Origin: an uncultured Eubacteriales bacterium
GTDB lineage: Bacteria; Bacillota; Clostridia; Christensenellales; UBA1242
Direction of reading: 5' to 3'
Assembly (NCBI GenBank): GCA_900552105.1
Contig: URYH01000002.1
Span: 10,652-74,651 of the forward strand
DNA: 64,000 bases
A program made the translations under genes and the position numbers. Positions 42,943-53,330 of this stretch are shown here, in pieces; within the stretch, counting starts at the first letter, position 1; each line of letters starts with the position of its first letter. The notes under the pieces are model-generated. The model searched no databases, was not told where the DNA came from, and saw only the letters and a list, made by a program, of their open reading frames with translations.

Positions 42943-43907
42943 AACATCTCCTTTTGACAGCAAGCCAGAGTTTTTGCAACGACCTCTTCCATGCTGCTTG
43001 CTTCACATTTAAAACCAGAAGCAACAACATGACCTCCTCCTCCAAATTCAGCCGCAATTTTATTGCAAGCAACACCTTCCACACTTCGCAATGAAGCAGA
43101 AAAAATGTGTGGTTGAATTTCATATATAACAAATGATAAATCAACACCCATGATATTTCTCAAAGTATTTGCGTGCCCATTCATATCTTCTTTTGTTGCC
43201 CCAATTCTTTGTATAACTTCATTTCCCACAAATGAATAGGCAATTTTTTCATCAATCAAAAGAACCATATTTTTATAGAATTCTTTTGAAATCTCAACTT
43301 CTTTTACTGATGTTTGAGCAAATGCATATTCTTCAAGTTTATTTAAGTCTGCACCTTTTTCCATGAGCAGTGAAATGATGTCAACTGTTCTTTTGCGTGT
43401 GTTTGAATTTTGCAAGCTACATGTGTCAGTCAAAATTCCAAACAGCAAAGAATTTGCGATATCCTTTGTTATTTCATTGTGACATTCAAGCAACACTTCT
43501 GTGAGAAGTTCACAAGCAGAAGAAGTCAAAGGATTAACAACATCAAATTCGGAATAAATTTCCCCGTATGGGTGATGGTCAATTCTGATTATTTGTTTAC
43601 AACTTTTTGTCTGTTCACAAATTTTATCTCCTGGACGCTTTGCATCGGAGCAATCAATAATCACACCAAAATCAAAAGTTTTCGTCAAATCAACTTGTGA
43701 CTGATAGTTTGCTGCGCATGAGACCCACTTCATATTGAAAGGAACTGGGTCTTGCGAAAATAGTGTTACATTTTTGTTTTTATTCTTTAGATATAAATAA
43801 AGAGCAGAAGATGACCCAATCGCATCTCCGTCTGGATATTCGTGAATGAATATTGCAATGCTTTGTGCCTTCAACAGCTCTTTAATCAATTTCTTATATT
43901 TTCTCAT
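42927..43907 (-). CDS. nrnA: DHH-family phosphoesterase NrnA (oligoribonuclease/pAp phosphatase)
   Basis: HEYPDGDAIGS, RIDHHP and GGGHVVASG (DHHA1). Confidence 0.88.
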   Translation of the reverse strand: MRKYKKLIKELLKAQSIAIFIHEYPDGDAIGSSSALYLYLKNKNKNVTLFSQDPVPFNMKWVSCAANYQSQVDLTKTFDFGVIIDCSDAKRPGDKICEQTKSCKQIIRIDHHPYGEIYSEFDVVNPLTSSACELLTEVLLECHNEITKDIANSLLFGILTDTCSLQNSNTRKRTVDIISLLMEKGADLNKLEEYAFAQTSVKEVEISKEFYKNMVLLIDEKIAYSFVGNEVIQRIGATKEDMNGHANTLRNIMGVDLSFVIYEIQPHIFSASLRSVEGVACNKIAAEFGGGGHVVASGFKCEASSMEEVVAKTLACCQKEMLCQTE

Positions 43908-44267
43908 TTAATCCTCGTCTGGAATGTTCAAAGTTTTTAAGATGTCTTCAATTCTTTGTGTATGGCTGACGCCAGTGTCAAGAACAAACTTGATTTGAGG
44001 AACAACGCGAAGTTTGAGTTTTGACGCAATCTCTTTTTTCAAAAAGCCAGTGGCTTTGATTAGTTTTGAAAAAATTTGGTCACGTTTTGCATCGTCCTTT
44101 TCAAGAATTGAAACTGACACTTTGCAAAACTCGCAATTTGGCGCAGTTTCCGCACTCATAAAAGTTATGAGTGTGTGAAAGTTTGGGTCATTAAGCTTGA
44201 GCAGACCTTCCGAAAGAACTTTTAATATTTGAGCGTTGAGTCGCTCAACTCTTGTGTTATTTGCCAC
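43908..44267 (-). CDS. rbfA: ribosome-binding factor A
   Basis: 119 aa, immediately downstream of infB. It contains RVERLNAQILKVLSE. Confidence 0.9.
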   Translation of the reverse strand: MANNTRVERLNAQILKVLSEGLLKLNDPNFHTLITFMSAETAPNCEFCKVSVSILEKDDAKRDQIFSKLIKATGFLKKEIASKLKLRVVPQIKFVLDTGVSHTQRIEDILKTLNIPDED

Positions 44268-44270
44268 AAA

Positions 44271-46856
44271 TCACCTCTTTATTTGTTCTTTAACAAAGAT
44301 TTCAAGTCTGTCACCTTCTTTGAGTGAGAAGTTGTCTTTTAGTTTAATTCCGCACTCATAACCATAATTAACTTCGGCTTTGTCGTCTTTTTGAATTTTC
44401 AAACTTTCAATTGTTGAACTTCCAATTTCTTCGTCACCACGAGTGATTCGAACGCCAGCATGTCGAACTGCTTTTCCGTCTGTGATATATGAGCCGACAA
44501 CTTGACCAACACCAGTGAGTTTGAACACCATACGAACTTCTGCGTGTCCAACAACCTTTTCCTCATATTTTGGTGTGAGCATGCCATTGATTGCAGCTGT
44601 GAGGTCGTCAACAGCTTGATAAATGATGTCGTAATCTTTGATTTCAATCTTCATTTGTTCAGCAAGTTGTTTTGCTTTTGGTTGCGTCTTGACATTAAAT
44701 GCAATAATAACAGCTCTTGATGCACTTGCAAGCAAAACATCGCTTTCTGTGACAGCACCAGCTCCCGCGTGGAGACAAACAACTTTTGCTTCTTCGTTTT
44801 CAATTTCAGTGAGTGTTTGTCGAAGCGCTTCAACAGAACCTTGAACATCGGCCTTGATAATGATATTGAGGTTCTTGAGTTTGCCCTCATTAACTTTGTT
44901 CATGAAGTCGTCAAGTGTCACGCCACTTGTTGCACTTGCCCTTTCAAGTTTAATTTTGTCTTTACGTTCTTCAATAACTTTCTTTGAGAACTTTTCATCA
45001 ATAACAATTGCCATATCGCCTGAATTTGGCACTTCGTCAAATCCAAGAACAGAAACTGGGCAAGATGGACCAGCAGATTTAACAAGCCTGCCATTTTCGT
45101 CATACATTGCTCTAACCTTGCCAAACGTGAGTCCACAAACAAATGTATCTCCCGTTTTGAGTGTTCCATTTTGAACAAGAATTGTTGCGATTGGTCCCTT
45201 GTTCTTGTCGAGCGACGCTTCAAGCACAACACCAGTTGCCAAGCGGTCTGGATTTGCTTTGAGTTCTTGCATTTCCGCAACCAACAAAATCATGCCAAGA
45301 AGGTCATCAATTCCTTGTTTGGTCTTTGCTGAGACTGGAACAATAATCGCATCTCCGCCCCATTCTTCTGGCAAAACATTATGTTCAGCGAGTTGTTGTT
45401 TAACTCTGTCGATATTTGCTTCAGGTTTATCAATTTTGTTGACAGCAACAATCATTGGAACGCCTGCTGCTTGAATGTGATTGATTGCTTCAATGGTTTG
45501 AGGCATTATTCCGTCATCTGCTGCAACAACCAAGATTGCGATATCTGTCGCCTTTGCACCCCTTGCTCTCATTGCAGTGAAAGCAGCATGTCCTGGGGTG
45601 TCAATAAATGTGATTTTTTCACCATTTTTTGTCACTTGATAAGCACCAATATGTTGTGTGATTCCACCCGCTTCGCCACTCACAACAGAAGAATTTCTGA
45701 TGCAGTCAAGAAGCGAAGTTTTGCCGTGGTCAACGTGTCCCATAACTGTGACAATTGGTGGGCGTTTGACAGCGTTTTCGTCAGTTTTTTCGTTTGCAAC
45801 TTCTGTCAATTTTTCTTCATATGTCTTTTCAATTTTCTTTTCAAGTGTGACGCCAAGTTCACCTGCAACAAGTTCAGCAACATCATATGTGATTGTGCTG
45901 TTGATGCTTGCCATGATTCCGAGCATCATAAGTTTTTTGATAATTTCATTAACTGGTCGTCCAGTTTTTTCTGAAAGGTATTTAACTGTGAATTCTTCAG
46001 AAGTAATAACCGCATTTTCAATGGCTTGCGCAACAAATGTTTGTTCTTTTTTCTTTGTTTTCACAAGTTTTCGTGAGCCCATTGTTGTTTCACTAAATCC
46101 GTCATCATCTTCAATAATAATGTTGTTGCGTTGTTGTGCTTTTTTCACAAAAGAACGATTTTTTTCTTCAACATTATTTTTGTTTTTGTTCTTATTTTGG
46201 AAAGTTTTGTTTTGTGTTGGAAGTTCAAACATTGGAGCTTCATTAAAAGACTTGAAGTTGTTTCCCTTGCTTGCAGCGAATGTCGTTTTTGCTCCACCCG
46301 GTCTTTGTCCATCGCGTGGTTGGAATGGCCTTTGCCCGTTTTGTGGCCTTTGCCCAAATTGCCCTGGTGTGCGTTGTCCAAATTGCCCGTTTTGTGGCCT
46401 GTTTGGGTTATTTCTATCAAATTGAGATCTGTTTCCACCCTGTGGTCTTTGTCCGTTTTGACCAAATTGTCTTTTTTCAGTAAATGGTCTTTGGGTGCCA
46501 CTTTTTTGAGAAAGATCTTGACGATTATTTTGAGAAAAACTCTTTTCTCTTGTGGAAGGTCGTTCTTGAAGGTTTTTGTTTTGAACTGGTGGTTTTTCTT
46601 CTTGCACTTCAACCTTTGTCGCAACTGTTTCTTGAGATTTTGTTGACAAAACAACATCAACTTCTTTTTGTGATTGAACTTGAGTCGCCTTGGTTTTCTT
46701 TGCATCAGAAACTTGCTTTGCAAGTTGTTCAGCAATATGTCTCGTGTTTCTTAAATCGCGTAAAACATTCTGAATTGCACCACCCACTTGCAATCCATGA
46801 ATTGATTTAAGATTTTGATAACCTTCTTTTTGAGTGTTTTTTTCGTTTTCTGTCAA
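44271..46856 (-). CDS. infB: translation initiation factor IF-2
   Basis: 861 aa with a Gln/Pro/Gly/Arg-rich N-terminal region and the G-domain motifs [17 protein letters not shown] and NKID. Confidence 0.97.
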   Translation of the reverse strand: MTENEKNTQKEGYQNLKSIHGLQVGGAIQNVLRDLRNTRHIAEQLAKQVSDAKKTKATQVQSQKEVDVVLSTKSQETVATKVEVQEEKPPVQNKNLQERPSTREKSFSQNNRQDLSQKSGTQRPFTEKRQFGQNGQRPQGGNRSQFDRNNPNRPQNGQFGQRTPGQFGQRPQNGQRPFQPRDGQRPGGAKTTFAASKGNNFKSFNEAPMFELPTQNKTFQNKNKNKNNVEEKNRSFVKKAQQRNNIIIEDDDGFSETTMGSRKLVKTKKKEQTFVAQAIENAVITSEEFTVKYLSEKTGRPVNEIIKKLMMLGIMASINSTITYDVAELVAGELGVTLEKKIEKTYEEKLTEVANEKTDENAVKRPPIVTVMGHVDHGKTSLLDCIRNSSVVSGEAGGITQHIGAYQVTKNGEKITFIDTPGHAAFTAMRARGAKATDIAILVVAADDGIMPQTIEAINHIQAAGVPMIVAVNKIDKPEANIDRVKQQLAEHNVLPEEWGGDAIIVPVSAKTKQGIDDLLGMILLVAEMQELKANPDRLATGVVLEASLDKNKGPIATILVQNGTLKTGDTFVCGLTFGKVRAMYDENGRLVKSAGPSCPVSVLGFDEVPNSGDMAIVIDEKFSKKVIEERKDKIKLERASATSGVTLDDFMNKVNEGKLKNLNIIIKADVQGSVEALRQTLTEIENEEAKVVCLHAGAGAVTESDVLLASASRAVIIAFNVKTQPKAKQLAEQMKIEIKDYDIIYQAVDDLTAAINGMLTPKYEEKVVGHAEVRMVFKLTGVGQVVGSYITDGKAVRHAGVRITRGDEEIGSSTIESLKIQKDDKAEVNYGYECGIKLKDNFSLKEGDRLEIFVKEQIKR

Positions 46857-46866
46857 AATTTTTCTC

Positions 46867-47157
46867 CTAATTTATATTTTGTATAACCATGTCAGCAAAC
46901 CCTTTGTTTTTTAGGGCAACAATCTGACAATTGTTAATGTTGAGAATTCCCGCAAGATCAATATCTAGAGCCACAACTTCACATTCTGTTCTTTCTTTTT
47001 GCTTCTGTGCAACAGCACAAGCAGTTTTTCCAGCAGTCTTGTTCAAGATGATGAGATACAACTTTTTGTTGTATTTTTTTAGGTTGTCAGTGCCGATTAT
47101 CAAGTTGTTTGATTTTCTTGCAAGATTGAGGTATCCCGCGATTTTAATACTGTCCAC
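46867..47157 (-). CDS. ylxQ: L7Ae-family RNA-binding protein YlxQ
   Basis: GYLNLARKSNNLIIGTD...LYLIILNK...KGFADMV resembles YlxQ. I chose the GTG at 47157, which has GAGG upstream. The ORF is open to 47199, so the start is uncertain. Confidence 0.75.
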   Translation of the reverse strand: MDSIKIAGYLNLARKSNNLIIGTDNLKKYNKKLYLIILNKTAGKTACAVAQKQKERTECEVVALDIDLAGILNINNCQIVALKNKGFADMVIQNIN

Positions 47158-47410
47158 TCTCCACCGCCTCGATAATTTTATCATAGATTTCATCATCAAT
47201 TTGAGTTGAAAAAGCCTTGTTTAGAACTTTTTGTTTTTTGAGTTTTTTCAAACATTCTGGCTTTTGACAAATATATGCACCGCGTCCGTTCATTTTGCCA
47301 GAAAGGTCAAGCATGATTTTGCCCTCTGGTGTTTTTACAACACGCTTGAGGTCATGCTTATCAATCATTTCACGGCAACACAAACACATTCTCATACTTG
47401 GTTTTTTCAT
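47144..47410 (-). CDS. ylxR: YlxR/RnpM-family RNA-binding protein (DUF448)
   Basis: 88 aa: RMCLCCREMIDKHDLKRVV and GRGAYIC. It lies between nusA and ylxQ. Confidence 0.88.
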   Translation of the reverse strand: MKKPSMRMCLCCREMIDKHDLKRVVKTPEGKIMLDLSGKMNGRGAYICQKPECLKKLKKQKVLNKAFSTQIDDEIYDKIIEAVESGQY

Positions 47411-47421
47411 ATATTCTCCAA

Positions 47422-48576
47422 TTATTCTTCGTCTGATATTTCTTCGATATCTTCAAGGTCAGCAAAAATGTCATCATCGTCTTCAACATCAACAATTTCA
47501 TGGTCGAAATCTTGATTTTGTGGAGCTTCAAGCCCTTCAACTTCTGATGCTGGTTTGACATCAATTTTCCAGCCAGTAAGACGAGCAGCAAGTCTGACAT
47601 TTTGTCCGCTTTTGCCAATTGCCAAAGAAAGTTTGTCGTCAGGAACAACAACACGTGAAGCTTTGAGGCTTTCGTTTGTTTCAACAGACAAAACTTTTGC
47701 TGGACTCAATGCTCTTGCGATATATTCGAGTGGGTCGTCAGAATAGAGAACCAAATCAATTTTTTCGCCGTTCATTTCTGAAACGATTGTGTTGATTCTA
47801 ACACCCCTGTTTCCAACGCAAGCACCGAGTGCATCAATGTTTGGTTTGTCGCTAAAAACTGCAACTTTTGTTCTGTTTCCAGCATCTCTTGCAATGTTTT
47901 TGATAACAACATCGCCAGAAGCGATTTCAGGAATTTCAAGCTCAAAAAGTTTTCTAACAAATCCAATGTTTCCACGAGAGACTTGAACTTGTGTGCCTTT
48001 GAAAGACTCTTTGATTTTCTTGACATAAACCTTGATTCTGTCGCCAACATTAAATTTTTCGCCAGGAATTTGGTCATTTTCTGTCATGATTCCTTCTGTG
48101 TGGCTTCCTGCGATTTGAACATAAATGTTGCCATTATCAATGCGTTTTACAACAGTTGTAAGAAGTTCGTCTTCTTTTTCTGAAAGTTCAGAAATTGCCA
48201 TTTGACGCTCAATTTCTTTGAGTCTTTGCATAACAACTTGTTTTGCGGTTTGTGCTGCAATTCTGCCAAAATCTTTTGTTGATTCTTCATTGACAACACT
48301 GTCGCCAACATCATAAGATTTTTTGATTGCACGAGCATCTTCCAAAGAAATTTCTTTGTCAGGGTCTTCAACTTCGTTCACAACAGTTTTATATGAATAA
48401 ATCTTGATTGTGTTCTTCTCTGGATTGAGTTTAACCAAAGCGTTTTTTGCTTCGCCATACATTTTCTTATAAGCTGAAGTAAGTGCTGCTTCAAGTGTTT
48501 CAAGAAATTGCTCCTTGTTGATTTTTTTCTGTGCTTCCAATTCGTCTAGTGCTTGGAAAAAGTCTTTGTTAATCAT
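47422..48576 (-). CDS. nusA: transcription termination/antitermination factor NusA
   Basis: The start at 48576 (MINKDFFQALDELE) follows an AAGGAGAA RBS. The protein has S1 and two KH domains (LAIGKSGQNVRLAARLTGWKIDV) and an acidic tail. Confidence 0.95.
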   Translation of the reverse strand: MINKDFFQALDELEAQKKINKEQFLETLEAALTSAYKKMYGEAKNALVKLNPEKNTIKIYSYKTVVNEVEDPDKEISLEDARAIKKSYDVGDSVVNEESTKDFGRIAAQTAKQVVMQRLKEIERQMAISELSEKEDELLTTVVKRIDNGNIYVQIAGSHTEGIMTENDQIPGEKFNVGDRIKVYVKKIKESFKGTQVQVSRGNIGFVRKLFELEIPEIASGDVVIKNIARDAGNRTKVAVFSDKPNIDALGACVGNRGVRINTIVSEMNGEKIDLVLYSDDPLEYIARALSPAKVLSVETNESLKASRVVVPDDKLSLAIGKSGQNVRLAARLTGWKIDVKPASEVEGLEAPQNQDFDHEIVDVEDDDDIFADLEDIEEISDEE

Positions 48577-48590
48577 TTTTTTCTCCTTAA

Positions 48591-49052
48591 TTAAAATTCG
48601 ATGACGGGGCAAACTGCTGCCACCATATCTTTTTTGAATGTTTTTTCTTGACCCAAAATTTCAATTTTGACTTCGTCATCATCAAACCCGGTCAATTTTC
48701 CAACAAAACTTTTCTTCCCATCAAGTTTTTTATACAACTTTACTTCAACATCTTTGCCTTTGTTTCTGATAAAGTCATATTGGTTTTTCACAGGCCTATC
48801 AAGCCCAGGGGAAGAAACTGAAAGAATATATGGCGTGTCGCCAGTTGGATTGAGTTCATCAAGTGGCTCGTCAATCGCACGATGCACTTTTTCGCAATCG
48901 TTGATGTCAACCCCACCATCTCTGTCAATCGTGATTTCAAGGTTCATTCCGTCAAACTTTTTTGAGTATTCAATGTCAACAATGAAATAGCCCAAATCTT
49001 TTACTATTGGCGTGATGAGTTTTTCAACTTCGTCACAAACTTTGCTTGCCAT
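48591..49052 (-). CDS. rimP: ribosome maturation factor RimP
   Basis: 153 aa containing YILSVSSPGLDRPV. It is the first gene of the nusA-infB operon. Confidence 0.9.
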   Translation of the reverse strand: MASKVCDEVEKLITPIVKDLGYFIVDIEYSKKFDGMNLEITIDRDGGVDINDCEKVHRAIDEPLDELNPTGDTPYILSVSSPGLDRPVKNQYDFIRNKGKDVEVKLYKKLDGKKSFVGKLTGFDDDEVKIEILGQEKTFKKDMVAAVCPVIEF

Positions 49053-49114
49053 ATAACCCCCTATCTACAATTAAGAGTGGACCGAAGTCCACTCTCAATC
49101 TAGTATATAATTAT

Positions 49115-49143
49115 AATTTAACATACAAATAAGAAAATATCAA
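49115..49143 (-). promoter_or_regulatory. putative promoter of the rimP-nusA-infB operon
   Basis: The minus strand reads TTGATA (49138-49143) -17- TGtTAAATT, with the -10 hexamer at 49115-49120. A UUCG-capped hairpin follows in the leader at 49074-49095. Confidence 0.4.
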
Positions 49144-49166
49144 GCATTATTTATATATTTTTCCGT

Positions 49167-50804
49167 TTATTCCAATGAAACCAAGTAGTAGTAAACTGGT
49201 TGACCACCATCAATCATTGTGACTTCACATTGAGGATAGAGAGTTTGCAATGATTCTACAAGTTCATTCGCTTCTGCTTCATTGATATCTTGTCCATAGA
49301 TGAGCGTGATATTGACAACATTTGAATCAATCATTTTGCCGACAAGTTCAATGGTCGTTTGATTGACATCATTTCCTTTTGACAAGATTGCTTTGTCGTC
49401 AAGACCAATGATTTCACCAACTGAAAGATCAAAGCCGTCGACATGAGTTGCACGAACTGCATATGTGACAGATCCAGACTTAACATTTGTGATTGAGCTA
49501 TTCATTGCTTCTTCATTTTCTTCAACTGTGCCCTCTGGATTGAAAGCGAGGGTTGCTGATATACCTTCTGGAATGCTCTTTGTTGGAACAACAATAATTT
49601 TTCTTTCAGTGAGGTCTTTTGCTTGCTCTGCAGCAAGAATAATGTTTTTGTTGTTTGGGAAAACAAAAACGTTTTCGGCTGGAACAAGGTCAACTGCGGC
49701 TGCAATATCTGCCGCACTTGGGTTCATTGTTTGCCCACCTTTGATTATGCTATCAACAGAAAGGTCTGTGAAGAGATTTGCAATTCCGTCCCCTGCTGCA
49801 ACTGCAACAATACCAATGTTTTTGAGATTTTCATTTTTCTTCATGTTCTTTTTGAGTTCACGGTTTTGTTCACGCATATTCTCAATCTTGATGTTGAAGA
49901 TTTCTCCAAGTTCAAGAGCGTATCCGATTGCAACGTTTGGTTGGTTTGTGTGAACGTGGACTTTGACGAGCGACAAATCGCCAATGCAAAGAACAGAATC
50001 ACCAATTTGCATAAGTTTTTCTCTGAGTTGGTCGATGTTTGCTTCGGTGGTTTTTTTGAACATATGAATAATCATAAATTCAGTGCAATATCCAAATTCA
50101 ATCTCAGCCAAGTTGTTAATGTCTGCAACAACTTCGTCAATGGTTTGTTTGATTGTGAAAGTTTCATCAACGTCAACTTCCATGCTTTCATCACCAATGA
50201 GTGCCTTATAAAAACCAGTGAACACTGTTATGAGTCCTCTTCCTCCAGCATCAACAACTCCGGCTTTTTTGAGAACTGGAAGCATTTCAGGTGTCTTTTG
50301 AAGCATCTCTTCGCCACGATCCAAAACGTATTGCAAGAATTGCTCCATATCTTGGCATTTCTTTGAACATTCCAAAGCTGCTTCGCCCATTGTGCGAATG
50401 ATTGTGAGGATTGTGCCCTCTTTTGGCTTTGTGACTGCCTTGTAGGCAATGTTTGAACCTTCTTGAATTGCTTTTGCGAATTGCTTTGTGTTGATTTCAG
50501 AAAGTGGAGCAAGAACACTTGTGAATCCTTTTATGATTTGTGAAAGGATAACGCCAGAATTCCCTCTCGCACCACGAAGAGCTCCTTTTGCAAACGCTTC
50601 GCAAATTGCATCTAAATTGTTATTCATGCAATTTGAAACTTCTTTGCAAGCCGACTTCATTGTCATTGACATATTTGTTCCTGTGTCGCCGTCTGGAACT
50701 GGAAAAACGTTGAGTGAGTCAACAAGTTTTTTGTTTTGTTCCAAAAGCACGCCACCGGCGAGAATCATCTTTTTTATTACTGAACCATTGATTGTTTTCT
50801 GCAT
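49167..50804 (-). CDS. yloV: DAK2-domain fusion protein YloV
   Basis: An N-terminal DhaL-like domain (PDGDTGTNM) plus a DegV-like C-terminus. The start at 50804 (MQKTING) has a GGAG RBS. Confidence 0.88.
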   Translation of the reverse strand: MQKTINGSVIKKMILAGGVLLEQNKKLVDSLNVFPVPDGDTGTNMSMTMKSACKEVSNCMNNNLDAICEAFAKGALRGARGNSGVILSQIIKGFTSVLAPLSEINTKQFAKAIQEGSNIAYKAVTKPKEGTILTIIRTMGEAALECSKKCQDMEQFLQYVLDRGEEMLQKTPEMLPVLKKAGVVDAGGRGLITVFTGFYKALIGDESMEVDVDETFTIKQTIDEVVADINNLAEIEFGYCTEFMIIHMFKKTTEANIDQLREKLMQIGDSVLCIGDLSLVKVHVHTNQPNVAIGYALELGEIFNIKIENMREQNRELKKNMKKNENLKNIGIVAVAAGDGIANLFTDLSVDSIIKGGQTMNPSAADIAAAVDLVPAENVFVFPNNKNIILAAEQAKDLTERKIIVVPTKSIPEGISATLAFNPEGTVEENEEAMNSSITNVKSGSVTYAVRATHVDGFDLSVGEIIGLDDKAILSKGNDVNQTTIELVGKMIDSNVVNITLIYGQDINEAEANELVESLQTLYPQCEVTMIDGGQPVYYYLVSLE

Positions 50805-50823
50805 TGTAAAATACTCCAAAAGG

Positions 50824-51174
50824 TCAAACGCGAACGCCAACAACATGAACGTTGACTGTGTCAACAATCATGCCAGTGAAATTCTCGACCTTATATTTAA
50901 TTGATTTTTTCATGCTTTCGGCAACAGCGCTAATCGAAACACCATATTTTAGGATGCAATACACATCAATAAAGATACGGTTTTCAAAACTCGTGATTTT
51001 TATTCCCTTGCCAAAAGTTCTTTTTTTAAATAACTCCATGATATTATCTTTGAAATTTGTGGAAATCAAATCAACAACGCCATAGCAATCGAGCGCAGTA
51101 TAACCTGCGACAACAGCAATCGCGTCGTCGGAAATTGAAATATTACCATAAAAGTTGTTTGTGTCTACTGTCAA
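50824..51174 (-). CDS. yloU: Asp23/Gls24-family protein YloU
   Basis: ISISDDAIAVVAGYTALDCYGVV and VNVHVVGVRV. I propose a TTG start at 51174. The ORF is open to 51216, so the start is uncertain. Confidence 0.8.
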   Translation of the reverse strand: MTVDTNNFYGNISISDDAIAVVAGYTALDCYGVVDLISTNFKDNIMELFKKRTFGKGIKITSFENRIFIDVYCILKYGVSISAVAESMKKSIKYKVENFTGMIVDTVNVHVVGVRV

Positions 51175-51346
51175 ATCTGACCGCCTTTGAATAATATCAA
51201 CAATAATATACACCACTTGTCAAAATTATGCAAGGCAAATTTGATGAATTAACAAAAATTTTCACAAAAGCGATAAAAAGTGTTGCAAACGACAAAAAAA
51301 GATGCTAAGATATCTTCGTTAATTTGAGAAAAAGACGGAGGAAGTT

Positions 51347-51529
51347 ATGAGTAGAGTATGTGACGTTTGCGGAAAAGGAAAAATGGCAGGCAACACAGTT
51401 AGCCACAGCAATAGAAAAGCAAACAGAAAATATAATGCAAACTTGCAAACAACAACAATGGTTATTGACGGAAAAGAAACCAAAGTGACCGCTTGCACAA
51501 AGTGTATCAAAACTGCAAAAAAGGCATAA
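51347..51529 (+). CDS. rpmB: 50S ribosomal protein L28
   Basis: 60 aa beginning MSRVCDVCGKGKMAGNTVSHSNRKANRKYNANLQ. It is divergent from yloU-yloV, as in B. subtilis. Confidence 0.95.
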   Translation: MSRVCDVCGKGKMAGNTVSHSNRKANRKYNANLQTTTMVIDGKETKVTACTKCIKTAKKA

Positions 51530-51543
51530 GTTAAACAAAAATG

Positions 51544-51570
51544 AAAGCAACTCAATTGAGTTGCTTTTTT
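51544..51570 (+). terminator. intrinsic terminator after rpmB
   Basis: AAAGCAACTC-AAT-GAGTTGCTTT followed by a T-run. Confidence 0.7.
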
Positions 51571-51576
51571 ATGTAT

Positions 51577-51678
51577 TTATTTTGTTTCGACCTCTTCACA
51601 CTCTTGACCATTCTTTTTCTTAAAAAGTTTTAAGAAGGGAACAAGAAACTTTGGTGCTTTTATACAAATTATTTTCAT
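51577..51678 (-). CDS. spoVM: stage V sporulation protein M (small membrane-curvature-sensing peptide), 33 codons
   Basis: This ORF is not in the track because it is under 60 aa. It reads MKIICIKAPKFLVPFLKLFKKKNGQECEEVETK, against B. subtilis SpoVM MKFYTIKLPKFLGGIVRAMLGSFRKD. A GGGGTGA RBS precedes it, and its position between rpe and rpmB matches B. subtilis. Confidence 0.75.
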   Translation of the reverse strand: MKIICIKAPKFLVPFLKLFKKKNGQECEEVETK

Positions 51679-51728
51679 CTTTCACCCCACTATCTTTATT
51701 AGATTATATGACGGCGAAAGATGTTTTG

Positions 51729-52418
51729 TTAAACCTCGCTTGCGCTTGTTGGAAGACGTAGAAGCCTGATGGTGCGTTTTCGTTGATCCGACTCATAAAT
51801 ATATGTCCCGCTAATGAGCATATCTGCGCCCATGAGTTTCACTTCTTCGGAAACCTCTTTTGTTATTCCCCCGTCAACAGCGAGAATAAATTTGAAGTTG
51901 AATTGTTTTCTGATGTTGTCGAGCATTTTTATCTTTAAATAAACATTGTCAATAAACTTTTGTCCGGACAAGCCTGGAACAACACCCATAAGCAAAATCA
52001 CATCAACATGATTCAAGAAATCAACAACGTTGTTAATTTCTGTTCCTGGGCAAATTGCAACACCAGCGAGCGCACCTCTTTCTCTGATGTGATCAAGATC
52101 TTTAATCAACTCTTTTCTTGTGGTATAAGCCTCATAGTGCACAGTCAAAATATTTGCTCCTGCATCAAGATATTTGTCAATATGTTTTTCTGGGTGTTCA
52201 ATCATGAGATGAACATCCAAAGGTATGATAGTCTTTTTGTTGATTATTTCAATATATTTGTTGTCATATGTAACTTTTGGCACAAAGTTGCCGTCCATAA
52301 CATCACAATGAATATAGTCCACTTTGTATTCCTGCATTTCTTTGAGATATGGCAAAAGTTCTCTGTCTGGAACAGGGTCAATCGAAACTGAAACAATTTT
52401 TTCTTTACCTATGCTCAT
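51729..52418 (-). CDS. rpe: ribulose-phosphate 3-epimerase
   Basis: 229 aa: DYIHCDVMDGNFVP, DVHLM and VDGGI. Confidence 0.92.
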   Translation of the reverse strand: MSIGKEKIVSVSIDPVPDRELLPYLKEMQEYKVDYIHCDVMDGNFVPKVTYDNKYIEIINKKTIIPLDVHLMIEHPEKHIDKYLDAGANILTVHYEAYTTRKELIKDLDHIRERGALAGVAICPGTEINNVVDFLNHVDVILLMGVVPGLSGQKFIDNVYLKIKMLDNIRKQFNFKFILAVDGGITKEVSEEVKLMGADMLISGTYIYESDQRKRTIRLLRLPTSASEV

Positions 52419-53298
52419 TTTTCCACCTCATTTTCAAACCTTCATAGATTTGCTTATATCTTTCATATCTTCCAGAATCCAACACATTTTCGGCAACCAT
52501 TTGTTTAACCATGCAGTCGCTTTGTTTTTCATGAATATGGTCACAAGTATTTTTGAACTTACACCCCTCCGCATATCGCAAAAAATCCGGATAGAAAGAC
52601 GAAAGTTCATCATATTTCATTGGAAGATAATATTCGTCAATAAGCGAAAATCCCGGCGTGTCAATAATAAACGAATTTTCTTCAATTTCGCAGAGTTTGC
52701 AATGAGTCGTCGTGTTTTTCCCTCTTTCAATTCTTTGACTGAGGTCCCCAATTTTTTGAGAAAGATTTGGAATCAAAGCATTAACCAAAGATGACTTTCC
52801 GACAGCAGATTGTCCCGCAAAGGCAGAAATTGAAGAGCGCATTGCGTCTTTCAAGACATTAATATTATATCCACTTCTTGCTGAAACACAAAATATTTGA
52901 CATACATTTTGATAAACCGCTTTCAAGTTTTCGAACAAATCAAAACCAAATTCGTCAACCTTGTTCACCAAAATAATTGGCTCAATTTTGTTGACGAATG
53001 CAAACAAAAGCATTTTGTCGACAACAAAATAATCTGGTTCTGGCACGGCAGCAACAACGATAAAAAGTTTGTCAATGTTGGCAACTGGTGGGCGAATCAA
53101 AAAGTTTTGCCTTGAATATTGTTTTGAGATTTGAAACGCACCATCAACCTCACAAATCTCAACCATGTCACCAACGCAAATTTTGCTTGTTTTCAAATTC
53201 TTTTTACCAAAACATTCATACTCTCGACCCGAGTGATTAACCCAAAATTTGTCTGAAATGTTTTGCGTCACAACACCTTTTATTTTGCATACCTCCAC
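52405..53298 (-). CDS. rsgA: ribosome small-subunit-dependent GTPase A
   Basis: An OB domain, a circularly permuted GTPase (NKVD, GQSAVGKSSLVNAL, DTPGF), and a C-terminal zinc knuckle (CKFKNTCDHIHEKQSDC). Confidence 0.92.
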   Translation of the reverse strand: MEVCKIKGVVTQNISDKFWVNHSGREYECFGKKNLKTSKICVGDMVEICEVDGAFQISKQYSRQNFLIRPPVANIDKLFIVVAAVPEPDYFVVDKMLLFAFVNKIEPIILVNKVDEFGFDLFENLKAVYQNVCQIFCVSARSGYNINVLKDAMRSSISAFAGQSAVGKSSLVNALIPNLSQKIGDLSQRIERGKNTTTHCKLCEIEENSFIIDTPGFSLIDEYYLPMKYDELSSFYPDFLRYAEGCKFKNTCDHIHEKQSDCMVKQMVAENVLDSGRYERYKQIYEGLKMRWKNEHR

Positions 53299-53330
53299 AA
53301 TATTTTGTATGTTTATTGCTTCTACACCAA

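Noticed and set aside
46100-46700. The repetitive Gln/Pro/Gly/Arg-rich stretch encoded in infB looked like a possible tandem repeat or insertion.
   Set aside because: It is in frame within the IF-2 N-terminal region, which is normally low-complexity and variable in length. There is no evidence of a mobile or independent element.
49074-49095. I considered the hairpin AGAGUGGAC-UUCG-GUCCACUCU in the rimP-nusA leader as a possible attenuator or terminator.
   Set aside because: No U-tract follows the stem (the next bases are UAAUUGUAG), so it is not an intrinsic terminator. It may stabilise the 5' end, but nothing in the sequence supports a specific regulatory role.
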